DNA of 64,000 nucleotides from Lytechinus pictus (Eukaryota). Of this stretch, positions 23,701 through 37,405 are shown in pieces (positions within the stretch are counted from its first letter, which is position 1; each line of letters starts with the position of its first letter). The notes beneath the pieces were generated by a model. That model was not told the origin of the DNA. It made no database searches and saw only the letters and a list, made by a program, of their open reading frames with translations. The translations under genes and the position numbers were made by a program. Location: NCBI RefSeq assembly GCF_037042905.1, contig NC_087245.1:1674001-1738000 (forward strand). Reading direction: 5' to 3'.

Positions 23701-24276
23701 TATAACTTCCCTTGGAATAGTTATACAAGAAGGCTGTGAATACACTTGCAATGGCATTGTCGGGAATCTTATCAAAATAAAATGTCAAGACAATTGAAAA
23801 TCAACGGATCTTCTTGCCTTTTTTGTTCTTCTTTGTCTTTTCCCCCTTTCCTAGCATTTTTATTTCCGCACTTAGACCACGTACTACTACTCCATTGTCA
23901 TAGTGCTTTCCCTTTTTCTCCCTGTCAATGTCCTTCTCCCCCCCCCCCTCCTCACCACTTTTTCTTTCCATACTCCTAGCTTGTCCATGTTATAATATCA
24001 ATATATTTGGATACGTTTTTTTAAGGGGCAATTGGACATGCGTAAGAGTGTCGAAGAACAAAATGGTCAGATTGTCATTGACGATAAACATGATAATGCC
24101 AGAAACATTAATTTGTCGCCAGTGTGATCAAATTCAACCATTTCTCGTTTTGACGATACTAAGCAAGTTGTTGATTTATACGATGAGGTTCCATGGCGGA
24201 TTTTAATCTTTCACCCCCAAATATCTATGTCATATTACATTATTTAATGCGAGATTAGATCCAATTGCATTATAAT

Positions 24277-24318
<42 letters not shown>

Positions 24319-27300
24319 CTGTTTTTATTATACAAATTGAAATTTGATCCAGACTAGGCATTTATTAAACAGGGAAAGGCATGACTTTTTGAGTTCCACT
24401 CACTTTCCAAGAAGATATTGAGTTGATGTATGTCCTCATGAATCTTGCACTTCGCAGGCTCCCATTTGTTATTAATAGAACATCACGTAGAAGACAAAGG
24501 AATTAACCCCTAATCTATCGACCTTGGCTGTGATGTATCATAACTTTCTGTATATAAGGGAGTGTGTATTGCGGGGAATGGATTCTTTGATAAGTTATCG
24601 ACCTGGTATCGACAAAATATTGGAAAGGTGCTTTTCATTCTTGTGACTGATTCGAACAGACGGTAGTAGTAGTATACTATTGTCTAAATATTTTTTTACT
24701 CATTAATAAAAAGAAAAGCAATATTTCGAAGATGATAATTCATGAGAAAAGAGTCCTGTTCTAGACACGTGCTTGCAGGTCCCACTCCTATGAACCCACA
24801 TCCACACACAAAAACAATGGTCATGAAGTTTGCACCCCGGTTCATTTTGCTTGAGACTAATTTAAAATGAACGTCTGGCATGGCCGAGCCTAAAATAAGA
24901 CCTTCCTTCATTATTTCCTTTCTCTTTAACACTGCTCATTCCTGATACTGTTTCCTTAACTCTGAATCATCTTTTCTCGACTCTCTGCGGAATTAAAATG
25001 AAGGGGACAAGAAATAGAAAAAGAGAGAAAATGAAAGAGAGAGAAGAGGGGGGGGGGGTAGGAGATCAAAGAAATTTGTGGTATTTTGTTTGTAGATACT
25101 GCTGAAGGTAATAGGATGCACAGAGTATCTAAGGACACCCCCCCCCCCCTTCGACACACACACGCAAGCACACACAATGAATAAACTTGGGTAGAATGAC
25201 GATGCCAAATTTTCTCGACATTGTTAATAATGTGTGATTAACAGAAGAGACAAAAAAGTTCGTAGTCTGTGAAGGCAGACAAAGAAGAACACAGAGAGAC
25301 AAAAACGCATAAAATGGCCATATATGAAACTAAATATCAAAAATATGAATACATACTCATTCGTTTGGACTTCAATTACATGTTTACACCCTCGGTGACG
25401 GTGGCAGATAGGAGATTATGTTAGCAATGATGAGATACGAATAACAAGAGTGACTTGTGATTCGGATTTAGAATTTGATATCACAGTCTTTCTCCAAACT
25501 TAATGACGGGCTTATTTCGTAGTTGTAGAGTTCAAGAAACTTTTTAAACGGAAATTTTGATGAATACAAACAACGCACACAATCATTATCATATTTCATT
25601 ACTACTGTTGATTATAATCATTATTGTCATCATTATCATGAATAATGATAATTTATTGTCACAAGTATAATTGTTTTTGCTATCATAATCACAATAATCA
25701 TCATCATCATTATTATTATTATCATTGATTATCATGATTAGAGATATTCTTTTCCTTTCAGGTATAGGAATAACAATAAAGAATGAGGGAGAAACGATCG
25801 TTGTTGCTCGGCTCTTCTCTGATGGCCCAGCGGCTAAGAAAGGAACATTAAAAATCGGTTAGTGTCAGCAAATTATGCATAATTTGTATATTACAACATT
25901 ATGTGTAAAATATATTTCTTGCAATTGAACATGTTGAATATCATCTATTTCAATATCAAGTTGAACGAGGAAATACCGTACAATGATTTCCATGAAAACT
26001 TGCAGAAATCGTTTGTGCGAGTCTTCTACTTTTGTGTCATTATAGGCTTAACGTCAGTGCGACCTCAAAATATTCCACACACATATTTTACAAATGAAAA
26101 TAATTTTTAGTTTCAGTTTCTATCGGGCATTTCAGGAGATTCCTAAGATTAATGTTAATAATGCAATGTTAACTAAGGAATACAGATGTCCAATCACAAA
26201 TAAATGAAATACAATATCGAGGTATAGAAATCGAGTGATCGAATGCTATCGATTAGGCAAGTAAAAGAGGTTCCGTGGCCGAGTGGTCTAAGGCGCCTGG
26301 CTATACATGGAAAGTCTGGGGGTTCGATCCCCGGCCGCTGCACCTATGCCCGTGAGCATGGCATTTAATCTACAATGCTCTTTTATCATGCCTTAAAATA
26401 AATGGAAATGCTATATGCATTATTAAAAAAGTAAATTTAAAAAAAAGTCCAGGGTTCGATCTCAGGTCGGGACACTCGTGCATGTGCGTTCATAGAAATA
26501 CAAAATGTATATTGTGTATAATAATGTGAGATAACACATGACAAATTTAACGACAGTATAGATTTATCTGAAAATTGATTTCAATTATTCCCTACCCCTG
26601 AAAAAAACATTAAAGATAGTATTACCTTCTACATTGGATCCAATCATCTGTTTCTGTTTCTAATTCGTTTGCAATAAAAATTGCAATTTTTGTTTGTTTT
26701 CGTTCGCTCTTTCTCATCTTCCCTTTATTACATTATAACATAATTATACGATTATCCATTTCTGTGCATTTTATTTGCCCTCTTCAGATTCAGATTTATT
26801 TCTAACCGAACATAACGAATAATACAAATTATTTTCATACATTTTCATTTTTATGTGTTTATCTATTAATTTGATTTATACAATTATCTATATCGATTTC
26901 TACTATTCATTCATCTATTTGTAAATATATATCTTTATTTTTGGATGTGTTTATTCATGAGTTCAATGATTACTCGATGTACTTATACATTTCATTTTTT
27001 ATATAAATACACGCATTTAGCTATTTTTGTTGTTTTTTAGTATTCATTTTTATTTCTTTATTTCTTTGTTTTGTAGGTGATGAGATTATAGAGGTGAATG
27101 GTCGAGATGTTCATGGCCATCATGCAGAAAAGGTGGCGTCTATCATCAAATCACAAACAGACAAAGTTATTCTAATGATCAAATCTTCAAAGTAAGACGC
27201 TTACTTATATCGTGTTTCTACGTGTTCTAGTACATATAAATTAATATTGATTTTAATATTAATTTCCTTTATTATAATTATTTTTTTATATCTTTATTTC

Positions 27301-30300
27301 ATTATCAATTTTGTATTGCTGTTTGCTTTTGGCCCATATAGATTTAAGTGTTATACTTTTTTTTCTTGAGTGGTCCACACTTTACAAGCTTTGCTTTTCA
27401 GTGGGCCACTCCATTTTTCCAACATATCTTGCATATTGTTATTATCAAATTGGAAATATTATCTTCTGTATCAGGTGTATACTCTTTATATTTGGTTCAT
27501 TTGAATATTTATGTCATTTATATTTTCTGATGTTATGTTTTATTTATTGTAATTATTGCATTATAAATTTTGTTGGAAAAATGAATAAATAAATGAATTA
27601 ATTAATTAATTAAGTTGAGATATTTATTCATTCATAGATCATACTATTATGCGTTCAGCCATGTCATGATAACCTTTTTTTTTTAGCAATACCATTACAG
27701 AAGATATCAAGTATACATAAAAATTCGTTATTTGTCAATGTGCATTATAAAGCTACGGATCTTTTTTTTTTTAGAAAAACTATCTCACATCTGATTTTAT
27801 TAACTGATTCTAAATTCACTTGATGTCAGTTCTACAAATTCAATGTGAAGTAATTAAAAATATTTTATTAAACTGGAAATTAATGGATGCCAATTGGTTC
27901 TTAGTTTTCTCGAAAAGAAAACAATAATGTATCCTAGTTTGTAGTGGTCCTGACTCTTGCCTGGAATCGAATTCCACCTTTGGCACTTCAATCCTTTGAC
28001 AAAACATCAGTCCACATCATGCCACCTTCTATCGTGTCTACCGAGCTGTTAAAATGGTACTCGGGCAGTTTCATAAAGCTCACCGTAAGCTAAGATCAAC
28101 TTTAAGAACGACTGGTGATCATTTTTTGTGGTAAATGATTTTCACAATTAAGATGTTCATGGTAATTATTTAGCGCGTAAGAAAGGATCACCAGTCGTTC
28201 TTCAAGTAGCTCTTAACTTACGAACTGGGGGCCGTTTCATAAAGATGTTTGTTAAGTTAAGAGTGACGCGCTAAATAATCACCAATGGTGAATATCATTA
28301 ACCACAAGAAAGGATCACCAGTCATTCTTAAAGTCACTCTTAACTTACGGACATCTTTATGAAACGGCCTGCGGCTTTATGAATCATCCACCTGATAGGA
28401 TGCAAAATAAAATAAGTCTCACTGGCGTTCAGATTATTCCTTCCATCCACAAAGTAGTTTCACGATGAAGGGGGGGGGGGAAGAATGTTACGGATAAGGA
28501 TTAAAATATGATGTGATTTGTTTAATAATACACAGTACCAAGTTTTATCACAAAATAATATTTGATTTTGAAAAGGCCGTAATTTCCCCCACATAGGTCA
28601 ATCTAGCCCCGTTGCTCATTATTTCACTTCTGAGCTTAGCAATTAGAGTTACACAGTCTTACTGGAATGTTCCACAGGAAGCGGAGAAAGTTCAGTTCGT
28701 GTAGTACAAGCTAGATCTGTAAAGTGGTTATGTTTATGTTTTGTGTAGAACAAACAATGACACAGGACATAGCGGTCGCGATTACTAACATTTTACCCAT
28801 AAACTGAACTTATATATATAAAAAAGTTTAATTCCTATTTCAAATAATGGAGTTTGATTTTTTTTATACTTTACAATTTTCTTTAGTTCGAAGATCTCAG
28901 TTGGAACACAAAGCGAGTATCGTCATACAATATGTGGTGATGCACTGAAAAGACCAAGACCACTCAGTATAGTTACAGGATCAGCAATATCCAGTAAGTA
29001 GCTTTACTTGATAAAGATAATGATGATGATGATGATGATGACGATGACGACGACGACGGCGACGGTGATGATTATGACATCACTCGTGGAGAACAATTCT
29101 ATGCTACTTGACATGCTTAACCTATAAGAGGATCAGTCTTCTATTGTGTTCAATTATCATTTTGTTAATAAAACCATAAATATATATTATACACACACAT
29201 CCACCCACACTCACGCACAATTAGTGTTCTGTATGCTAATAATCAAACGTTCGCATGTTCATATTGACCTAGAGTACCATTAGGGAACGTGGATGAGAGA
29301 ACGGTATAGGCCTACCAAACACAAGCCGCTGTGACTCTGAAATAAAATATGCTTTCATATTCCGATGAAGACTGAGAGTCAACATGGCGCTCTTGTTCTT
29401 GTTGGATTTTTATCCTTTTTCCTGCCACCTGTTCCTTGCCTTATTTCAAGCCTTAGTAGTTGCATGATTCACCGTGCGGTTGTAGATCTTTAAGTGAATT
29501 CTAATCAGAATGCCATGACTGCACCTTCACAGTGTATAGAATAAGCACGTTTATAGAAAGTGACTTGTCATGGTTTAGGCATAGAGTAATAGCTCCATGG
29601 TTTAGGCAGGGACGTCAGAGGGAGACTGGTTTAGGAAAGGGTCAACGGGGATGGGTCAGGTGGACTCCATTACCTAAATACCAAGACTGTTTGCGATTAT
29701 TATTATTATTATTCATCTATCTTAAGTTCATAGTTTAACACCGAAGTCCTTTCTTTCCCAAAATGAATAGTTCAGTAACGTCTGACTACGGGTATTGACA
29801 ATTAAGGCATCAAATATAAATAGGATATTAAGAAAGTTACGATGTTTGAAACAGTTATGCATTGTATTGTAAACATTAATATTATGAGCTGGGTTTTATG
29901 CAAATCAACGAGACAATGTTATTTCAATCCCCCTTTTCCTTACGTACTTTATTTTATGCCAAATATGAAATATAACTGTGAACAAAGACCCACTTCTAAT
30001 AAGAAAGTGATGATGATCTCAGACATTTGAACTTTATTTTATGACGTGAAATTCAGGTGAGCCGATTAGTATGATTTGATAACACTTAAGCCCAAGTTTA
30101 AAAAAAAATATACTTCAAAATTTTGAAGTGTTTACTTTCCAAAGTAATCTATAAGACTGTGGCGTAATGTATCTGTGGGGAAAACACCGTATTGGGCAAG
30201 TATGAAAATTTCAAATATCTCACGCTAGAGGTTAGCGCTTAAATCGCACCCCTTCTGACTTTTGATGGCGGCAGATTTACGAGCTTTTTTTCCCCCGAAA

Positions 30301-33300
30301 GTCGCAACCGCCTAACCCCCTCGAATACTCCATACTGAGATTTGGTTGACGACACAGCCGTCGGAAAAAAACGGGCCCTGAGTGTCGCTTAAAATTGTAT
30401 GCAGGCGAGAAGATAAAAAAAAGTTGTATTACTATTTTTAATTTGATCATTGAATAGAAATTGAATTAAATTATAAATACTACGATGGAGGAAAACAATT
30501 TCACAGATAACAGAGCAACACATATCCACATAAATCGACATGGTGACCGAGAAAAATGTTCTAATAAATTTCCATCAAATCGAGTATGCGATTGAACAGG
30601 CCACTTAAAACGTCTTCCTGAAAGTGTAGTTACAATAATCATGTGAAGTGAAAGTTGTAGAACATGCCAGATTTCAATCACCAAAGGAGAACACTTCTAA
30701 ATCAGAGCTACCCAAAGCAATATGTTAGGGGTGAGATAAGAACGAAGAGGTAAATGGGGATTAGAGAAAATACATTGCTTGGCAGGCGCTCTGCCATTTA
30801 ACATTATTTTTAAAGAATGCCACAATTCACAAGGTAGGACTCCAGTGCCTGTGAATAAGAAATACATATTGAAGGTTACAATATCATACAATGAGAATGT
30901 TGAAGTTAAAACGATGTTCAGTTTTATTTTTCTAAAAATATACAAGTATATATATATCTTCACATACGAAGATATATTTTCAACGAAATAAAACTTCAAA
31001 TCGTTTGCACTTCAAATGTCTCTATGTATGATATATTATAGACTGCAAAAGCCACAATTGATCAAGTTATTATGCAAGGTACAAGATTCAAAATCCTTTC
31101 GTCATACTGGTATAAACAGAGTATATATACCAAGTATTCCAAATGAACAAGCATATAATTGAATACAAACATAATATAAGAGATACTGATGCTTGTAATT
31201 AGGTAATTCGACGAATTCGTTGTTGTATTACCCATTTATATACTTCTATTTTCTTTGTATGTTCCCTAAATACCATAGACTATCTACATGATCTATGCGG
31301 ATATTTTTTTTAATAAATATTATATTATTCCTTGTAATGATTTGTTAAATTATCCTCCATGCGTTTTCCTTTAATTGTCGGCAGTCCTAAGTTTATATTA
31401 TTTTGTATTTCGTTAATTCTATCCAACTTTTCAACTTACACATAATTTTGTCTATGTATCAAGCGCTTAGAAACAATGCGTACTAAGCGCTTTATAAGTA
31501 ATGTATACTATTGTTTTATTCAAAATAATGTACTTTTATTACCAAAACTCAATGAATATATGGAATGGAAATCATAATCTTTGCTCTGTTGTTATAGCTT
31601 TATTAAGGACAATACGTACTACATATCGACCTTATGTTTACCCTCTTATGAAATTCGTGTTAATAAGATAAACCCACAGGAGGAAATCAAATTAAACTTC
31701 TTTTCCGTGAAGGCAACTTTCAGACGTGCTTCTCGCGGATGGTAGCCAAGCTGGCCGGTTCGACCCACTAATGTATAATGTAAAAGGGGGGTAACATAAA
31801 ATCTGATCCAGACAAATGTCTTGATTGCCATCTTATCACTAGCGTACTGGTGAGTTTACAAGGGATGGAATGCCCCCACCCCCTGTTCTCGCCCCTATAC
31901 CACACAGACACACAAGTTGTAATTCTTCGTAAAATCATTGTATTGTATTTTTCAAAATCACGATTTTCATCAACACATTTGATATCACTTATTACAAAAC
32001 AATAGTATTTCCGAAACATTGCTCCATGTGAAGATTCATGTAGAAGATCTGTATAGGATTCTAGTGAGTCAACTTGATTTCAAGTCATTCCATAGCAATG
32101 ATAACTACAAAATGAGGATTAAAACAAAACATTTCATACAGTGATCACATAATGATACCAGTGGGTCTCTTGTGCGACAGTTAGCTCCATTGACCAATGA
32201 ACATTTTTTTTTTCATGATTATCATTGCGTATATTGTGTATATTGTGAACCAAAAATATGCTCTTGGCAGCCTGATCTCTATGATCTTCTGAATAGTAAT
32301 GACAAAGCTTGGCAACCCTATCATCTTAATTCCTTTCCCAAACTAAATTGTTTGCAAACAGACCTTCATGAAGTATTGATGAACTCAAATCGAGTGAAAT
32401 GGGGCTAAGTGCGACTAAGGACTACAAAATATGATCTGCCCAACCAACCCAAAACAAGCCCTAAACTGCTCCATTTCTCTCGCAATGCTGATAAATTTTT
32501 GTACAGACGTTTAAATGTCCCACCGGTCTGAGGAAAAACCCCATCTAAATATACTTTCCGTTTTCCATGTTACGATGATCACATCTTTCCCCTCGTGAGA
32601 AAAGGAGGGAACCCATTAGTGTTTGTTCATCTGACTTTTGCTTGCTTGATGTGGTGTCCCAAAGCAGACAACTGTTAATGAATGTTGGCATTTATGGACA
32701 CAGTCATGCTTTTATTAAACTTTTTAAAGGGATAACAAGAGAGATTTCGATTTTGCTTTGCCGATTCTCAGACTATGAGCCCACCCACCAAAAAATTCAA
32801 CGTTTAGTGTTTCTTTTTGTTAAGGAATGAAAGGCAATGTTGCTCCAGGAACGGAACAAGCTTTCACTCTTTATACCCTTCTTCATATTTTACTTCTTGA
32901 ATCACGTGTTTATAATAAAATGCTTGGTGATAGTGGTCGGGTGGGAAGGGGGTGATAGCGGTCGGGTGGGAAGGGGGTGATAGCGGTCGGATGGGAAGGG
33001 GGTGATAGCGGTCGGGTGGGAAGGGGGTGATAGCGGTCGGGTGGGAAGGGGGTGATAGTGGTCGGGTGGGAAGGGGGTGTTAGTGGTCGGGTGGGAAGGG
33101 GGTGATAGCGGTCAGGTGGGAAGGGGGTGATAGCGGTCGGGTGGGAAGGGGGTGATAGCGGTCGGGTGGGAAGGGGGTGATAGCCACGGTCGGGTGGGAA
33201 GGGGGTGATAGCCACGGTCGGGTGGGAAGGGGGTGATAGCCACGGTCGGGTGGGAAGGGGGTGATATCGGTCGGGTGGGAAGGGGGTGATAGCGGTCGGG

Positions 33301-36300
33301 TGGGGAGGGGGTGATAGCGGTCGGGTGGGAAGGGGGTGATAGCGGTCGGGTGGGAAGGGGGTGATAGCGGTCGGGTGGGAAGGGGGTGATAGCGGTCGGG
33401 TGGGAAGGGGGTGATAGCGGTCGGGTGGGTAGGGGGTGATAGTGGTCGGGTGGGAAGGGGGTGATAGCGGTCGGGTGGGAAGGGGGTGATAGCGGTCGGG
33501 TGGGAAGGGGGTGATAGCGGTCGGGTGGGAAGGGGGTGATAGCGGTCGGGTGGGTAGGGGGTGATAGTGGTCGGGTGGGAAGGGGTGATAGTGGTCGGGT
33601 GGGAAGGGGGTGATAGCAGTCGGGTGCCAAGAGCCAAAAATTTCCCGGTCATAATCATGGTATGAACAGGCAGTGAATGGTGTAATGAGGCAACATTTTT
33701 GAGGGGGCCAGATATGGCGTATCGGGCAGAATTTATTATTTATAAAAAGTTGCCAGCAGGCGAATCGAGCGATTAAAAATTTTGACATTTTCATTTCAGA
33801 AATCAAATTTTGTGACAGATTTTGACATAGAATTCAAAAAATGATATCATTTTTACCCTTCCATCTTTCCTTTTCTTTTCTTTCCTTGTTTGTTTTTAAT
33901 TATTTTTTTTGTCTGTACGCCACTGTGAACAGGATTCTTTTTTTTTTTTTCCTTTTTCCCGTTTTTTTATTTTCCCGTTGAAATCCGCCAGCCTGCCACC
34001 TTTCTGTTGCGTCACTGGTTTAGTTTCATGGAACTATAGCCTATCTATTGCTTAGCTCCCATTCGAGATAATCAATTTTAAGGTTTGGTTATTAATTGTT
34101 ATAAAAATTATATTTCTTGCCTGTCTTTTCTGTACATTGTTTCGATGTTCAGTGTTTCAACTCACTATGTGGCTCTTTTCAGGTGGCTGTTTAAAAATGC
34201 AAGATTTTTTTTTTTTTTTTTTTTGGGGGGGTTGATGTACCTCTTACTTTCCTCACATGTCGAGCATGTCTCAGTTGGTGAGTCAGTAATCCGTTTCTTA
34301 TGCGTGCTACGGAACCCTGCTCCACTGACAGGAAAGATGATAGACAAATGAAATTCAAACATTTAGGATTTTCTGAATGATTAACATTCAAGCATCCCAC
34401 TCATTCTTACACCTAGATGAAGGTCATTTATTAGACTCCGTCAAAAATTTTAAACAGCCACCTGAAAGGAATTAAAAATCTTCTTCTTCCAAATTTTTCA
34501 ATCATGTCAATGGTAATCTTTAGAGTCATAGAATTATTACATCAATAATGTCAATATTCTCAATTTTGTGAGGAAGACATGCCGGGCGCTTGTTTTCAGT
34601 GTTTTTTTTTTTCTAATGTGCATTCTGAACACATATGTATAAGAATCAGCACTATAGAACTGTACTCGGAGAATAATCTTAAACTGTGTGAAAGTGTTTG
34701 ATTCGGGTATAAGGATGAGTGACGCATTTGCATGATATTTCTGTACAAGGCAGTTTGGGCTTTTTTTCAAAACCACATTTATATATATTTTCTCTTTGCT
34801 GTCTATGTCAACGATACCCCCTTAAACGAATGTAACCATATACATGAGATACCCCCAGGCCTAATTGCGAAATTTGGGGGTCATTCTCTTAAATTGCGAC
34901 GTATATAAAAACTCTTGTTAAAACCCACCCCCTCTCATTTAATGGCAATCATACGCCGTAATGAGTCATGTTTATAATGTTCGTGTTTCATATCCATTAA
35001 TACTTCTGGGAGCAAACCTTTCAAAATCTGTTTCCGACATATGTGTTCCAGTTTGGGAGTCTAGAATAAACCGCATTTAAAACTCGTGCAGCATTAAAAT
35101 GTTATCAATTTAGTCTGGCTTTCTCACTCATGGGATTATTTTTAATATGAATAGTCTAATATCGAGGAGTTTCATAAATGAAACGATGGGTAAAAAATGT
35201 TAACGATCATTACAAAGTTGACAGAATACGTGCATACTTATTTGATTTGGCAAATCTGAGTGTCTGCATGCGTACGTTGCTGTATAATGGGTCGTTGTGG
35301 TAGTGGTGATGATGATCAGACATCGTGCTCATGACGACGACGATGATGATAACGACGATAAGATGGTTTTGATGGTGATGACGGTGAAAAATGATTCATG
35401 AATAGTTTCAACTGTGATGATTGTGAAAATGACGAAGACGACGAAAGTGATGATAATGATACAATGACTACGTTTTTTTTTTTTTTTTTTTTTTTTTGGG
35501 GGGGGGTTATTATGATACTACTAGGATACGTACCCCCCGGGGCACTTAACGCAATTGATGTACAAACGCCCGAAAACATACTTTCAAAACATCCCTAAAC
35601 GTGTATTTTGCTTTTGTTTTCTTGGGATATTATTCATTTAACGCAATAGCAGCAAAATTTAGACCAGATGGGAGAAACATATTCTACACACAACATGGAA
35701 ATGAAAATTATACAGCCTTTTATCGGTTCGGGAAATAAAGATATAATTTGATCCTCCTCTGTTTTATATGACGAACACCTGGCAAGAAATCAAAAGGTCC
35801 CATTAGTATTTTACTATGACTCGGTTGATGATTGGTCCCAACACCTTCTTGTTCATTAGGCGGGCGGACGTCCTGACCACTGAGCCATCATTCCAGTATG
35901 AGCCACCGTTCAGTGTGTGCAAAAATGAAAGAATAATAAATAAATCAATCAATATAAATCAAATAAATGAATTAATTGATTGATCAAATAATTGTTTAGT
36001 TGATTATTAATTAATTACTTAATTAAATAATTAATTAGTAAGGAATTAACCATTATGATATTTGTATGCCTATCTGTTTGAAATGAGGCCTTCTTAATGT
36101 GTTTTTAATTTTGTGGAAATGTTCATACGAAGCCAAAACAAGAAATTCCGGTACAGGAAATAGGTCTAGTATAATCTCATGATCTAATCATAATTCATTC
36201 TGTTGTATTTCACTCATTATAGATTCTCGATCCCGACGTCCCCACTCCTATGCACACAGTAGCTCGTCCGATGCGACCGGCGATCCGAGGTCGATGACGG

Positions 36301-36434
36301 CCGATCTTCTGAAGTCAATGAGGGTGGATGAAGAGGAGAATGCGTCTGGTTCGGACGGGATTTTTCGACCTCTAACTCGGGAACGACATCCGAAGCTAAG
36401 CCGAAACAGCAAGAATCTATCGCTCCCACTCTAA
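20796..36434 (+). CDS. PH-domain plus PDZ-domain adaptor protein, 5 exons, 352 aa
   Basis: Exons 20796-21324, 25762-25857, 27077-27191, 28887-28993 and 36223-36434. All have GT-AG boundaries and consistent phases (1,1,2,1), total 1059 nt. PH: VLKEGTIDKES...WRPKFCVL...REWLTQI. PDZ: GDGIGITIKNEGETIVVARLFSDGPAAKKGTLKIGDEIIEVNG...HAEKVASIIKS...VILMI (MPP/CASK-like). Exons 4-5 are less certain than exons 1-3. Confidence 0.8.
22441..22597. mobile_element. PIF/Harbinger-type MITE (157 bp)
   Basis: TIRs GGGAGCATTTCAT / ATGAAACGCTCCC flanked by CTG / CAG (CWG 3-bp target). Confidence 0.75.
26267..26425 (+). mobile_element. tRNA-derived SINE
   Basis: A box TGGCCGAGTGG, B box GGTTCGATCC, then a GCACCTATGCCCGTGAGCATGGCATTTAATC SINE-body-like segment and an AT-rich tail. 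Matches 9448-9523. Confidence 0.75.
27290..27612 (+). mobile_element. LINE 3' UTR/tail remnant (CR1/L2-like)
   Basis: Hairpin GAGTGGTCCAC...GTGGGCCACTC followed by a T-rich UTR and an (AATA)n/(AATT)n tail. Confidence 0.45.
28063..28392. mobile_element. Two nested Harbinger-type MITEs of the same family
   Basis: The outer copy begins GGGCAGTTTCATAAAGCT. An inner copy (about 28228-28371, TIRs GGGGCCGTTTCATAAAGATG / CATCTTTATGAAACGGCC) interrupts the outer right TIR at a CWG site. Confidence 0.7.
32926..33625. repeat. 25-bp G-rich minisatellite (GGTGATAGCGGTCGGGTGGGAAGGG), about 28 copies
   Basis: Directly visible with period 25. Three consecutive 28-bp variants carry a CAC insertion. Confidence 0.97.
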
Positions 36435-36768
36435 AATAAAAACCTAGAATATTACGAAGTTCAAGTCGTTTGACATCTGAATCACAATATAGAACTAATA
36501 TGAAAAGCAAAACTGTGAACAAGTTCGTTCTGATCAACTGAAAAATATCAAAACGTTATGAATGATCAAGTTGAATTTCAAATTATCAAAACTTTTCTGG
36601 GATTAAATAAGCATTGAAGCGATACCACTCTATCATCATGTGATCTGCTACTAGTATATGAAAAGGTATAGAGATAATTTGAATCAAATTCTGGAAGAGA
36701 AATATGCATGATGCGATGTCACATGAAAAAAAAATGTTTGGTAGGTTTTTGTATATTCAATCTATGAA

Positions 36769-37405
36769 TTAAAGGATAAGTCCATCCCAATAAAAATTTG
36801 ATTTGAATAAAAAGACCCCCAAAAATCCAACAAGCACAACATTGAAAATGTCTTCAAAATCGGATGTAAAAGTTATGACATTATATTAAGTTTCGCTTTA
36901 TTTCACAAAACTTTTATATGCACATCCTGGTCGGTATACAAATGAGGGGACTGATGACGTCATTCACTCACTTTTTCTTTTCTTTTTGTTTTTGGTATAA
37001 AATATGAAATATTCTAATTTTCTCCCCATTGTCCTGTGAAACAAAGTTTCATTCCTCCCAAACATGTCTACTTACCATTGTTTTAACATTTTGTTTCAGT
37101 CAAATCGGTCCTTAGTGTCATATCTTTAAAAAAAATATATCTGTAAAAATAAGATATTGTGTAATTCATAAAAACAAAAAAAAACAAAAATAGTGAGCGA
37201 GGGATATCATCGACTCTCTCAGCATTTTTACGTCACTGGATTACGCATTTAACTGTTCCAGTTGTGACAAATACGCGAAACTTTACAATTTTACAACCTT
37301 TCTATTTTATATCCGATTTTGATAAAATTTTCAGCGTTATCGGCTTGCTTGATTTTTCCCTATTGATTCAAATCAATATTTTTCTGGGGTTGACTTGACT
37401 TTCAA
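36769..37405. mobile_element. Non-autonomous DNA transposon with TTAA-type ends (Kolobok-like)
   Basis: TTAA-AGGATAAGTCCATCCCA at the left end and TGGGGTTGACTTGACTT-TCAA at the right end, with long imperfect subterminal inverted repeats. Confidence 0.6.

Noticed and set aside
32910-33806. 298/192/172-aa proline-rich ORFs
   Set aside because: They are products of the 25-bp minisatellite, with all three minus frames open and no splice support.
36217-36537. 106-aa minus-strand ORF
   Set aside because: It is the antisense shadow of the plus-strand terminal exon at 36223-36434.
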